A stretch of 64,000 nucleotides of DNA from positions 1 to 64,000 of the IMG/VR virus record IMGVR_UViG_3300007067_000087. The stretch is one strand, 5' to 3'. Each line of letters begins with the position of its first letter. The first letter of the stretch is position 1. Both the position numbers and the translations under genes were made by a program. Of the stretch, positions 23,933 through 33,259 are shown piece by piece. Source of the DNA: a virus (taxonomy: Duplodnaviria; Caudoviricetes). A model generated the notes under the pieces. That model had not been told where the DNA came from. It saw nothing but the letters and a program-made list of their open reading frames with translations, and did not search any database.

Positions 23933-24907
23933 ATGACCTCCAATTCTTCACTGCTCCGCAAGGCCGATCTTGCTATTGCTGATTTGCAAACCAATGGTGG
24001 CGAGCTTTCTCCTGAACAGGGAGCAGCATTCATCCGCAAGCTCCATGCCCAACCCACCCTGATTAATCGCTGCCGCTTAGTGGAAATGAACAGCCCACAA
24101 CGTAAAATCAACAAGATTGGTTTTGGTCAGCGCATCTTGCGTAAAGCGCAATCGGCTACGGCTCTTACCGCTGCGCAACGCTCCAAACCAACTACAGAAC
24201 AAATTACCCTCATCAGCAAGGAACAGATTGCCGAGGTACGGCTTCCTTATGACGTGCTGGAAGATAATATTGAACGCGCCATTTCAGCTACCAACGGTGA
24301 TGCTAATTCCGGGGCGGGCGGACTGCATTAAACCATTATTGAACTGATTGCCGCCCGTGCTGCCTTGGATATTGAGGAACTGGCACTGCTTGCTGATACC
24401 ACCTATAAAAACACCGCCGATGCTGATGATGAAGCTTATCTGTCACAAGGTGACGGTTGGCTAAAACTCATCAAAACACATGGCAATGTTTTTGATGCCG
24501 GTAATGAGACCATCAAGAAGGAAATCTTCAAAGGTGGGTTAAAAACTCTACCCAGCCAATATCAACGCAACAAAACAGCACTTAATCACATTGTTAGCGT
24601 CAATAATGAGACTGAATATCGGGATACGCTGGCAAATCGCACCACCGGCTTGGGTGATGGGATGGTGACTGGTTCCAACGCCGTCTATGCCTATGGCTCT
24701 CCCGTCATTGGTGCAGCCTTGATGCCAGAAACAAAAGGACTGTTCACCGACCCCAAGAACCTGATTTTCGGCATTCAACGCCAAGTCAGCATGGAGTTTG
24801 ATAAAGACATCACCTCACGGGTCTATATCATTGTCTTAACTTTACGTTGCGACTTTCAAGTTGAGGAAACAGAAGCCGCTGTTCTCTATGAAAATATCAA
24901 ACCATAA
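23933..24907 (+). pseudogene. Major capsid protein (HK97-like) interrupted by an in-frame TAA at 24329-24331
   Basis: GGELSPEQ...LPYDVLEDNIE...GGLH*TIIELIAARAALDIEELAL...NLIFGIQR; both ORFs share one frame (24365-23933=432). Confidence 0.8.
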
Positions 24908-24910
24908 CGC

Positions 24911-24930
24911 ATCTGCAATTAATTGCAGAT
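24911..24930. promoter_or_regulatory. Perfect 20-bp palindrome with a compensatory change
   Basis: ATCTGCAATTAATTGCAGAT after capsid stop. Confidence 0.8.
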
Positions 24931-24940
24931 GACCAATAAT

Positions 24941-25010
24941 AATGAAGCCAGACTTTCTTCTCTGGCTTCATTCCCCTTCAAGCAGCTTCCAAAAAGTGGA
25001 AGCCGGTTTT
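24941..25010 (+). terminator. Two hairpins after the capsid gene
   Basis: AATGAAGCCAGA/TCTGGCTTCATT 12-bp stem (24941-72); GCTTCCA/TGGAAGC followed by T run. Confidence 0.55.
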
Positions 25011-25053
25011 TGGACAAAAATTGCGAAAAATAAAGAATCCAAGGAGGCAGATC

Positions 25054-25320
25054 ATGCCAGCAGTCAAACTTATCAATCCCAACCGTGTTAATATTCATGG
25101 CATTCTATTTGAACGGGGCATCCCCCGATATGTTACTAGTGAAGTGGCAGAAGCCCTTGCCAGTGATGAACGATTTGAAATCCGTGATGGAGAAGACGCT
25201 AAGAGCGGAGTGAAAATCAAGCGTTCTGCCAAGGTTAAACCAGCTATTGAAACTGAACTCACCGATGATACACCACCCACAAATGACAATTCACCTACTG
25301 GCGATGTTATTGAGGTATAG
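25054..25320 (+). CDS. Small head-associated protein
   Basis: GGAGG SD; position after capsid. Confidence 0.5.
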   Translation: MPAVKLINPNRVNIHGILFERGIPRYVTSEVAEALASDERFEIRDGEDAKSGVKIKRSAKVKPAIETELTDDTPPTNDNSPTGDVIEV

Positions 25321-25322
25321 AG

Positions 25323-25898
25323 ATGTTTCTGGCTTCCGTTGAGGGTATCCGTAAAGATTTAGGCTTTGATGCCATGCCCGACATTAACTCCTCAATTTCG
25401 ATGGCGTTAAATGCTGCTGAACCTTTGCTGGAAGCCAAACTGAATACCTCTTTTAAACATGGTAGCCAGAAAGACACATTTTTCATTAAACAGCCAGCCA
25501 TTCGTGACGGGGCGCATAAGGAAACGCAATTCTGGCTATCGAAAGGCTTTGTCTCTACCCCCGTCAAGTTCAATGGTGCGGATAAAACCGACATCCGTAT
25601 TAACCTTGAAAAAGGTATCATCAGCGATTGGGTGACGGATTATTACCATGAGCATATAGAAATCAGCTATATTTATGGCTTTGAGGCCGATAGTTCAAAT
25701 CCAGAGCAATATGATTTGACCCAAGTCCCCGCATGGTTGCAGGAAGCCGCTAAACTAATTGCCATGACGCATCTGGCTTCCTCAACCTCAGTGCAGGAAA
25801 CCGGTACAAATATTGATGTCTCCACCTTGAACGAGCAATATAAGACCATTGTCAACGCTCATATCCGCTATGCGCCCTTGGCCTTGATACCTGTTTGA
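25323..25898 (+). CDS. Head-tail connector/adaptor
   Basis: Synteny; ISYIYGF...VPAWLQEAA pattern. Confidence 0.55.
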   Translation: MFLASVEGIRKDLGFDAMPDINSSISMALNAAEPLLEAKLNTSFKHGSQKDTFFIKQPAIRDGAHKETQFWLSKGFVSTPVKFNGADKTDIRINLEKGIISDWVTDYYHEHIEISYIYGFEADSSNPEQYDLTQVPAWLQEAAKLIAMTHLASSTSVQETGTNIDVSTLNEQYKTIVNAHIRYAPLALIPV

Positions 25899-25907
25899 GG
25901 GGGCAAT

Positions 25908-26549
25908 ATGGCACAAGGCATTTCACTTGAATTTGAATTTCGCAATCAGCGTTTCAATGATGCCGAGAGAGGCTTAAAAGCTTTTGTCTCCCAAATTCGC
26001 CGTGATTGGGATGGTTCGGCCAAAGTCTTGAGTATTGAATTGCGTCAATTTCTTGATGATGTTGCTAAAGCCATGGTTGAGCGGCATTCAAACCCTTGGC
26101 CGGGCGGCACAACCCCGCAAACATTGTCAAAACGCTCTGGCAAACTCCTGCAATCCATCGTCAGTTCAGTTAATGTGCGGGGAACGACATTCACCACCAT
26201 TCAAGGCTTTATCGGTGGTTCGCATATTGCACGGGTACAAGAATTTGGCGCGACCATCACCCCGAAACGTGCCAAATTTCTTACCGTCCCACTCCCTGCT
26301 GCCCTTAATGAAAATGGCACACCCAAGAAACAAAAAGCCCGGGACTGGAAAAACACTTTTGTTGCCAAAAGCAAGGCTGGTAATCTGATTATTTTCCAAA
26401 AACGGGGGACGAAAATTATCCCGCTTTACTTGTTAAAAACCTCTGTTACCATCCCGCCAAGGCTTGGTTTAAGGAGAACGCTGGAAGTTGGCATTCCTTA
26501 TTTTGTTGATCGCGCTATGGATAGCATTGTTCGCGCGGTAAGAGGGTAG
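25908..26549 (+). CDS. Neck/tail completion protein
   Basis: RSGKLLQSI, YARVQEFGATI-like (HIARVQEFGATITPK), VTIPPR. Confidence 0.6.
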   Translation: MAQGISLEFEFRNQRFNDAERGLKAFVSQIRRDWDGSAKVLSIELRQFLDDVAKAMVERHSNPWPGGTTPQTLSKRSGKLLQSIVSSVNVRGTTFTTIQGFIGGSHIARVQEFGATITPKRAKFLTVPLPAALNENGTPKKQKARDWKNTFVAKSKAGNLIIFQKRGTKIIPLYLLKTSVTIPPRLGLRRTLEVGIPYFVDRAMDSIVRAVRG

Positions 26550-26552
26550 ATC

Positions 26553-27050
26553 ATGCCAAGCATCAGAGAGCAGATTTTAGATAAGGTATTGACGGCATTT
26601 CAAGCCGTGAAAGAACCAGATACAACCGTTCCTGGTTACACACCCTCTCTTGATGACTGGCCGTTGACATTCTCAACCGTGGGGTTCGGACCATTAACCG
26701 ACACAGATTTTCGCAAACGTTACAGCATCGGCATTGTCGCGGGAGCAGAGAAAGAAAAAGACGCTTTCCCGCTTATTCAATGCACTTTACAAGTTGGTAT
26801 TGAATTTCGCATTACCGTTAATCAGAACGACCCCAGCCCCGCCATGATGGGAGAGCAGGTTCTAACTGTGGTAAAGCGGGTAGTTGATCAGAACAAGACG
26901 TGGGGTGGCTTGGCGGTGGACACCAGACGCACCAATAACGAGATAGACTTAACCAGCTATGGCGACAAAACAGTGATGGGGGTGCAGTTTATTGAAATCA
27001 TCTTCCGCCATTCAATCAAAGATGTACGCAACCCTGATGCCGAGTTTTAA
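26553..27050 (+). CDS. Tail terminator-like protein
   Basis: MPSIREQIL start, TWGGLA, synteny before tail tube. Confidence 0.55.
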   Translation: MPSIREQILDKVLTAFQAVKEPDTTVPGYTPSLDDWPLTFSTVGFGPLTDTDFRKRYSIGIVAGAEKEKDAFPLIQCTLQVGIEFRITVNQNDPSPAMMGEQVLTVVKRVVDQNKTWGGLAVDTRRTNNEIDLTSYGDKTVMGVQFIEIIFRHSIKDVRNPDAEF

Positions 27051-27088
27051 ACTCATTCTTTTCACGTTGGTTGTTTTATGATATTGAT

Positions 27089-27102
27089 TGCAATCAATTG
27101 CA
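27089..27102. promoter_or_regulatory. Palindrome site
   Basis: TGCAATCAATTGCA. Confidence 0.75.
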
Positions 27103-27127
27103 AATCTATTAAGAGAGGTGAGACACT

Positions 27128-27292
27128 ATGAGCAAAGTGAAATTCAAAAACAATGAAAAACAGGACGAAAATAACGAAACCCCAGCCATTCCTGACACTG
27201 AAACAACTACACCAACCCCTGAACCCACGACTGATTACGGTGTCGGTGGCGTTTACCGCTCCATCGGCGGCGGCAAGCGGGTAAAAATTTAA
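27128..27292 (+). CDS. 54-aa small protein before tail tube (not in ORF track)
   Basis: MSKVKFKNNEK...YGVGGVYRSIGGGKRVKI*, GAGG SD. Confidence 0.5.
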   Translation: MSKVKFKNNEKQDENNETPAIPDTETTTPTPEPTTDYGVGGVYRSIGGGKRVKI

Positions 27293-27319
27293 AGATTACT
27301 AAACTTAAGGATTTCTATT

Positions 27320-28564
27320 ATGATTGTCTCCAATCCTCTTTTAACCCGCCGTGCCGTACTGCAATGTGCTATTGAAAGTGATTATCGTGTTCCTGCCCCA
27401 GTTGGGGTTGATGATGCGCTTTATGTCGAAGACTCCGATTATTCGGTTGATCCCAATCTACTTGAGCGCAATTTTGCCCGCGATGATTTATCGCCTTTGC
27501 CCAATATTGTTGGTCGCCGTCAAGCCAGCATCAAATTTACCACCGAGTTAAAAGGTAATGGTAAACAACATTCTGGCATTGTTATAGATGCACCGATTAT
27601 CAGTCGCTTATTCCGTGCTTGTGGGTACTCACTCACCACGCTTAGCACCGCAGACGTAAGTCAAGTGTTCCCCGTTGGCTCTCACCCCTCAAATGTGACT
27701 TGGGCAGCAAATGTTGGCTCACACCAATCAACCATTGGTTATTTTATTGAAGTCACCACAGCAGGCGCATCTGGTACAGCACAAGTTACTGTTTCGTCTG
27801 ACACGGCAGGAGAAAATACGTCAACACCCGTAACGATTACCTCTGGCACAGATTTAAACATTGGCACAACCGGCTTGAAATTAGCTCCAACCTTTACCGG
27901 TGATCTTGTTTTAGGACAGAAGTGGGTAGTTTGGTGCTTACCAAAAGGCTTGCGGCTTGATCCTGTTTCAGATGGTTTCGAGTCCCTCACTCTTGTCCTT
28001 AATATGGATGGGGTAGAGCATCGCATGTATGGCAGCTATGGCACTTTTTCTGTCAATGCTGAGGCCGGAGACTACGCCAAGATTGAGTGGGAGTTTCAAG
28101 GTACATATGAAGATCCTACCGACAAGCCTTTACCACAATGCAATTATGAAACCACTATTCCGGCACAGGTTGAACATGCACGTTTACGCATTGACAAGAA
28201 TTATACAATCGTCAATGCGTGGAGCTTTGAGCAGGGAAATGATATTCAAATTCGCCCTGATGTTTCCTCTGGTGAGGGGTATGTCGGCACCCGCATTGTC
28301 TCGCGCGATCCCAAAGGCGGGATTGATCCAGAAGCTGAACTTGTCGCCAATCATGATTTTTGGGGCAAGTTAGGTCGGGCGGAACGTATGTCATTTCAAA
28401 TCCGTATCGGCACAGAAAAAGGCAATACTGTATGGTTTCTGTCTCCCTCCGTTCAATATACCGGTCTTACCTATCAAGACCGTGACGGCATCCGTGCCTA
28501 TGATGCAGAGTTAAAATATTCCCGTGTCTTCGGCAATGATGAAATGTGCATCATTTTCACCTGA
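27320..28564 (+). CDS. Major tail tube protein with an inserted beta-rich domain
   Basis: Synteny, Thr/Gly-rich insert, followed by terminator. Confidence 0.7.
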   Translation: MIVSNPLLTRRAVLQCAIESDYRVPAPVGVDDALYVEDSDYSVDPNLLERNFARDDLSPLPNIVGRRQASIKFTTELKGNGKQHSGIVIDAPIISRLFRACGYSLTTLSTADVSQVFPVGSHPSNVTWAANVGSHQSTIGYFIEVTTAGASGTAQVTVSSDTAGENTSTPVTITSGTDLNIGTTGLKLAPTFTGDLVLGQKWVVWCLPKGLRLDPVSDGFESLTLVLNMDGVEHRMYGSYGTFSVNAEAGDYAKIEWEFQGTYEDPTDKPLPQCNYETTIPAQVEHARLRIDKNYTIVNAWSFEQGNDIQIRPDVSSGEGYVGTRIVSRDPKGGIDPEAELVANHDFWGKLGRAERMSFQIRIGTEKGNTVWFLSPSVQYTGLTYQDRDGIRAYDAELKYSRVFGNDEMCIIFT

Positions 28565-28606
28565 AAACCCTATTGTCTCCCCACGTTAAACTGTCATAAT
28601 CAATAT

Positions 28607-28633
28607 AAGGGCGGCTTCAAACTCCGCCCTTTT
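28607..28633 (+). terminator. Rho-independent terminator
   Basis: AAGGGCGG-cttcaaact-CCGCCCTT followed by T run. Confidence 0.7.
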
Positions 28634-28648
28634 CTTATGCAAGTTAAT

Positions 28649-28662
28649 TGCAATTGATTTCT
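28649..28662. promoter_or_regulatory. Palindrome variant
   Basis: TGCAATTGATTTCT after tail tube terminator. Confidence 0.65.
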
Positions 28663-28681
28663 TTAATGGTAGGGGAATAAA

Positions 28682-29197
28682 ATGAGTGAAATAAGGACAC
28701 CCAAGAAAAAGAAAAACACGGATGTCAAATGGGAAGATATGACATTGTTTGAAAAATTCGGTGCCATCGTGTTGACCATTGCTTTTTTTATGTTTGCATT
28801 TTTGGCAATTATGGTTATTTGGGCACTCACATTTGGCAAGTCGTCAAAATCCCCCGAAGTCAAATTTTCACACGGCAATCGGATCATCGAAGATTTTATA
28901 GTTTACGAGAAAAATTACGGTAAAGATTGGCCGTTCGGCTACCATGACTCTGCAAGGGTAATTTGTGAGGTTAGGGATTACGGAAAGGCTAAAAATCTTC
29001 CTCTTGCTGTTGTTGATGTGGGTGGGTTTTGGTACGGGTTAAATTATGCGGCTATAAACGAGGGTGATTATAACAAGGCACAAGTCAGCCCTCCCAGAAT
29101 TAAATATGGAACGGATGCCCGTATCAGTTATGATGGTTTGATAGACATGGAGAAGAAAGCTTTAGCTATGTCGGCTTGTGCGGTTTTCAAAAAATAA
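28682..29197 (+). CDS. Membrane-anchored protein, weak YebY/DUF2511-like (moron)
   Basis: One TM helix; YGKDWPFG...ARVICE...WYGLNYAA. Confidence 0.45.
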   Translation: MSEIRTPKKKKNTDVKWEDMTLFEKFGAIVLTIAFFMFAFLAIMVIWALTFGKSSKSPEVKFSHGNRIIEDFIVYEKNYGKDWPFGYHDSARVICEVRDYGKAKNLPLAVVDVGGFWYGLNYAAINEGDYNKAQVSPPRIKYGTDARISYDGLIDMEKKALAMSACAVFKK

Positions 29198-29291
29198 ACG
29201 TCTCCGACACAATATTTAGAACCAAAGGCGAGCATTAAACCCGCCTAAAGAATTATCAAAAAACAAAAAATATAGATAAATCAATCGCTTA

Positions 29292-29339
29292 ATACTTGAC
29301 ACATTAGGTAAACATGATAGATTAGGATTATAAGGAAAA
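29292..29339 (+). promoter_or_regulatory. Sigma70 promoter module, copy 1 of a 48-bp direct repeat
   Basis: TTGACA-16-TAGATT with extended TGn; near-identical to 33181-33228. Confidence 0.7.
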
Positions 29340-29406
29340 TCAACAAGTTAGCCAAAATAAGAAATTTGATTTATAGCTAAAATTCCAGTATAATATGGGT
29401 TGAATC

Positions 29407-29685
29407 ATGATTATCAGTTTCCGCCACAAAGGATTAGAAGCCTTTTACAAAACCGGTTCAACCAAGGGGATACAGGCTAAGCATGTAACTAGGCTAAGAC
29501 TTATCCTCGGTCTCCTTGAGATTACTGAGGATTTGGAAGCTTTGAGAGCACCATCATTCCGGTTGCACGCATTAAAAGGCAATCTTAAGGGTTTTTGGTC
29601 TATTTCGGTAAATGGAAACTGGCGAGTAATTTTCCGTTTTACAGGAAACGATGTAGAATTAATTGATTATCTGGATTATCATTGA
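29407..29685 (+). CDS. higB: HigB toxin
   Basis: MIISFRHKGL...LHALKGNLKGFWSISVNGNWRVIFRF...DYH. Confidence 0.9.
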   Translation: MIISFRHKGLEAFYKTGSTKGIQAKHVTRLRLILGLLEITEDLEALRAPSFRLHALKGNLKGFWSISVNGNWRVIFRFTGNDVELIDYLDYH

Positions 29686-29697
29686 GAGGAATGTAAA

Positions 29698-29988
29698 ATG
29701 ATGTACAATCCCCCCCATCCCGGAGAATTGATACGGGAAGAAGTGATTAATTATCTTGGTATTTCCGTTAAGGAAGCAGCCGAACGTCTTGATGTGTCCC
29801 GTGCAACGCTCTCCCGTGTTATCAACTGCAAAGCAAAGATGAACTCTGATTTGGCTTTAAGGCTGGAACTTGCTGGTATAAGTACAGCCCGCGCTTTGTT
29901 GGCAATGCAAGCCAATTATGATTTATTTCAAGCCAAGAAGCTTCCTAAACCACATGTCCGAGCTTTGGTTGGAGAAGTCGCTGCTTGA
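29698..29988 (+). CDS. higA: HigA antitoxin (XRE HTH)
   Basis: NPPHPGELIREE...SVKEAAERLDVSRATLSRVIN. Confidence 0.9.
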   Translation: MMYNPPHPGELIREEVINYLGISVKEAAERLDVSRATLSRVINCKAKMNSDLALRLELAGISTARALLAMQANYDLFQAKKLPKPHVRALVGEVAA

Positions 29989-30024
29989 CAAATGTCTTTG
30001 CTTATTATTGAGTAGAGTACAATT

Positions 30025-30314
30025 ATGACTTTAGTAAATTCAACCCACTCCGGGGAAATTATACGAGAAGATGTAATTAATTAGGACTTTCTATCAAAGA
30101 AGCTGCGGAACGCCTCGGCGTATCCCGTTCAGTGCTTTCTCGTGTGATCAATTGTAAAGTGGAAGTTAGTCCTGATCTTGCCCTGCGTCTGGAAATTGCG
30201 GGAGTGAGTACGGCTGATGGATGGTTAGGCCTATAGGTTGATTATGACAAAGCCCAAATCAATAAGGGTAATCTCCCTCCTGTCCATGCTCTAACTGATG
30301 TAGTTGCTGCCTAA
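30025..30314 (+). pseudogene. higA: Degenerate second higA copy
   Basis: HSGEIIREDVIN*, frameshift, then SIKEAAERLGVSRSVLSRVINC...LGL*VDYD. Confidence 0.75.
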
Positions 30315-30419
30315 TTTATTTTTGAGTATGCTTATTCCATAAAAATATCTTGCCTCCTGAAATTTCTAGATTGACGATCGCTATAACCTATCATATTAAT
30401 AGGTAATCAGGAAAACGAT

Positions 30420-30725
30420 ATGATTTCTAGTAGCACTCCGAACAATCTATCTTCACCAGAAGCTTTACGTTTAATCCGAGAGGTAGCACAAGATTCTAAC
30501 AAGATCATTGTTTCAAGGCATGCGTTTGAGCGTCAAGGCCAGAGGAGAATAACAATGAGACAGATAGAACAATGCCTCCTAAAAGGAACGATCGTGGAGG
30601 GGCCATTTGTAAACTCCAAAGGAAACTGGCAAGTTAGTATGTATCGACATGGAGCGGGTGAAGAAGTGACCTGCGTAGTGGCTATTGATTGGCCTAACAG
30701 GCTAATTGTGGTTACGGCATTTTGA
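30420..30725 (+). CDS. DUF4258 (RelE-fold) putative toxin
   Basis: IIVSRHAFERQGQRRITMRQIEQCLLKGTIVE...LIVVTAF. Confidence 0.7.
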   Translation: MISSSTPNNLSSPEALRLIREVAQDSNKIIVSRHAFERQGQRRITMRQIEQCLLKGTIVEGPFVNSKGNWQVSMYRHGAGEEVTCVVAIDWPNRLIVVTAF

Positions 30726-30741
30726 ATAGGATAATTAGAAC

Positions 30742-31206
30742 ATGACATATCATTATGTGGAAAGTGGTTTAGATAATGTATGGCTTGGCAATGGTTATAC
30801 ATTTCATCAAACGCCTTACGGTGAGGGAGTATCTGTTGATGATATGTCCGGCCTCCATAAAGCGATTAGTCAATGGCTTATCAATACCCCGAAGCGTCTG
30901 AATGGGGCAGACTTAAGATTTCTGCGCCTTGAGATGGATTTAACTCAAAAAGATTTAGCTGGTATTCTGGGGGCGGATGAGCAAGCTTTACGCCGATGGG
31001 AAAAAAATCGGAATAAATCCATCAATGGTTCAGCAGATCACTTGCTACGCCTTGTTGCCAAAGAATATATTCACGGAGACGGAGAAGTTCGCCGTATGAT
31101 TGATAGGCTTGCTTCTTTTAATGCGCTTGAAGATACATCTGTTGTATTTCGAGAGACGGGTGGAGGATGGCAACCGGAAAATTATTTCCTGAATAATGAA
31201 AATTAA
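30742..31206 (+). CDS. MqsA-like XRE HTH antitoxin
   Basis: YHYVESGLDNVWL; LRFLRLEMDLTQKDLAGILG..EQALRRWE. Confidence 0.75.
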   Translation: MTYHYVESGLDNVWLGNGYTFHQTPYGEGVSVDDMSGLHKAISQWLINTPKRLNGADLRFLRLEMDLTQKDLAGILGADEQALRRWEKNRNKSINGSADHLLRLVAKEYIHGDGEVRRMIDRLASFNALEDTSVVFRETGGGWQPENYFLNNEN

Positions 31207-31208
31207 TA

Positions 31209-31222
31209 TGCAATTAATTGCA
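31209..31222. promoter_or_regulatory. Palindrome site
   Basis: TGCAATTAATTGCA. Confidence 0.75.
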
Positions 31223-31265
31223 AATTAATTTTTTAAAAGAAAAGAGCGGCATTTTTTCTACCCAC

Positions 31266-32990
31266 TTAAGGGCAGTCTCCAATAAATTCATTCAAAGCCT
31301 TGGTAATCAGCTTGCGGCGTTCTGCCAAGAAGTCTTTGTAATTTACAACTTCCAGTAATTCACGATTTTCATAAGGGATTGCTTGGGTAGAGAAAATCGA
31401 ACCATCACCGCCGCGTTCAGCTAAAAGATCAACGAAATAATCTTTCGGTTCTGCATTGCTGATTTTCTTGTTGGTTCTTGCTCCGATAAAAGCAAAATTG
31501 GCAATATCATTGATTTCTTGTTTCTCGTACCTGCCCTTTAACACGGCTTGTGGGAAAATATGATGCGCTTCCAACAGGTTTTTATCCTCAGCATTTCGGG
31601 AAGAAAGTTGTAGGGTAGAGTGCCAGTCTTGCGCCCCATTGGCACGGAAAGCAAGAAACATGGTTTTAAATAAGGCACTGCTTTGATTGCGCCCCTCCAA
31701 CTCGTCCTCAACAATATCAAGTCTACCAAATTGCACCCGCAACCGATCAATCATTTCTGAAATCGGCTTGTTTTGGCGGATTGTTGATAAATCCTGATCC
31801 ATCAATGTTTCAACAGAACCTCTTGAAAATCTAGCTTTGGCATTTGCCAGCAACACCCAATAGCGCAATTGCTTTGCTTCATCAGAACCTAGTCTGAAAT
31901 CTCGCATATGACAAAAATAGGCAACAATCGAAGTCAGATGTGGGGAGGAAAGTAAATTTGGATTATCAATTCCTGTATTGTTGCGCAAGAAATCAATTGC
32001 AAAGCGCATTCCCCTACATGCTTTACCCCAAGCCTCTTGCAATTGATCTTTGGTAAGGCTTGAAAGAGAAGAAAACTTTGACTGCTCGGTAGCGAAAATT
32101 ACGAGGTTTCTTATGTGAACGCCTAAATCAAGGTCGAAATTATTTCTGGTGCATTCTTCCTGAAACTCTTCAAATATCTTTAATGAGCCTTGCCATTTGG
32201 CGGTTATTTGCGCCAAGGCCAAATCAGAACCACGCAATTTTGCTCCCAATGAATTAACACGGACAAAAATCTCTGTCACCTCTTCATAAGATAAGTTTTT
32301 CCCCAATATGTCCAAACGGTAAGTGTAGTCTTTAATCTTGCGCAATTGGGAAAGACGTTTCTGATATTTAGCATAGCGCGGGTCATCCCAACCTGTAAGC
32401 CCCGTTTGTCTTAAAATCTCACTTTCGTCCTTGTTGAATACATCTGAAACTTTTACCCATTGGGGCAAACGTTCTAGTCTTCCGAATGCTACAACAAAAG
32501 TCATCCTATTATAGATTGTAAGCAACTCGTCTTCTGTTGCTTCTGGGGCATCAGCTTCAACCTCTTCAGTATTTTCTAAATCTTTCTCACTATTACCGGT
32601 ATCTTCAACCTCCGTTACAACTTCTAAATGGTCGGGATGTTCCAGATTAAAGAGTAACTCCATCGGTGAAGCACGTCCCTTAACATAAAGGGGTGTTCCT
32701 CTGATAACAGCAGATAATGAAGTGAGGCGTTGCTGCCCGTCCAGCAACAAATGAGTAGCAGAAAGTCCCGTGGTGTTTTGGCTAACGGCAAACTCTCGCA
32801 AAGGAACGGCTTGGTCCCCCATAGCCCACAGCAAGATGGCACCTGATGGATATTCGCGGTAGAGGGAATCGAATAAATCCCTTACCCTTGAGGAACGCCA
32901 TACATACGGTCTTTGCATTTCCGGCAAACGAATTTCACCATCCTCAATCTTCCTGATGAGTGTCCCAACACTTGCGTCCGCTCTTTCCAC
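31266..32990 (-). CDS. GmrSD-like protein (DUF262 plus HNH/DUF1524), type IV restriction family
   Basis: LPEMQRPYVW, LLLDGQQRLTSL, EIFVRVNS; HHIFP...IANFAFI...N. Confidence 0.85.
   Translation of the reverse strand: MERADASVGTLIRKIEDGEIRLPEMQRPYVWRSSRVRDLFDSLYREYPSGAILLWAMGDQAVPLREFAVSQNTTGLSATHLLLDGQQRLTSLSAVIRGTPLYVKGRASPMELLFNLEHPDHLEVVTEVEDTGNSEKDLENTEEVEADAPEATEDELLTIYNRMTFVVAFGRLERLPQWVKVSDVFNKDESEILRQTGLTGWDDPRYAKYQKRLSQLRKIKDYTYRLDILGKNLSYEEVTEIFVRVNSLGAKLRGSDLALAQITAKWQGSLKIFEEFQEECTRNNFDLDLGVHIRNLVIFATEQSKFSSLSSLTKDQLQEAWGKACRGMRFAIDFLRNNTGIDNPNLLSSPHLTSIVAYFCHMRDFRLGSDEAKQLRYWVLLANAKARFSRGSVETLMDQDLSTIRQNKPISEMIDRLRVQFGRLDIVEDELEGRNQSSALFKTMFLAFRANGAQDWHSTLQLSSRNAEDKNLLEAHHIFPQAVLKGRYEKQEINDIANFAFIGARTNKKISNAEPKDYFVDLLAERGGDGSIFSTQAIPYENRELLEVVNYKDFLAERRKLITKALNEFIGDCP
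31988..32001. promoter_or_regulatory. Palindrome variant (inside GmrSD-like gene)
   Basis: AGAAATCAATTGCA. Confidence 0.35.
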
Positions 32991-33180
32991 GCTCAGCTCC
33001 TACTCTGGCTTAGTTACGCCCCTCAATTCACCAACTACCACTGCGCAATTTGAGAGTCCAGTAATTTCACGTATTTTTCGCAAGAATTTACCCCCCCCTA
33101 GTATTCTTAAGTATAAATTACAAGTATTAATAGTATAAATTTAAGTAAAAATAGAAAAATAATGTAAATACAAGAATTTT

Positions 33181-33228
33181 ATACTTGACATATTAGGTAA
33201 ACATGATAGATTAAAATTATAAGGAAAA
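33181..33228 (+). promoter_or_regulatory. Sigma70 promoter module, copy 2 of the 48-bp direct repeat
   Basis: 3 mismatches to 29292-29339. Confidence 0.7.
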
Positions 33229-33259
33229 ACAATAACTTAACAAAAATGGAGTAAATAAA

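Noticed and set aside
24329-24331. Genetic-code reassignment explaining the capsid stop
   Set aside because: TAA is used as a normal terminator throughout and other long genes are uninterrupted
33091-33098. C8 homopolymer upstream of the GmrSD-like gene as a phase-variation switch
   Set aside because: Intergenic, not clearly within a promoter spacer, and no variation evidence is available from one sequence
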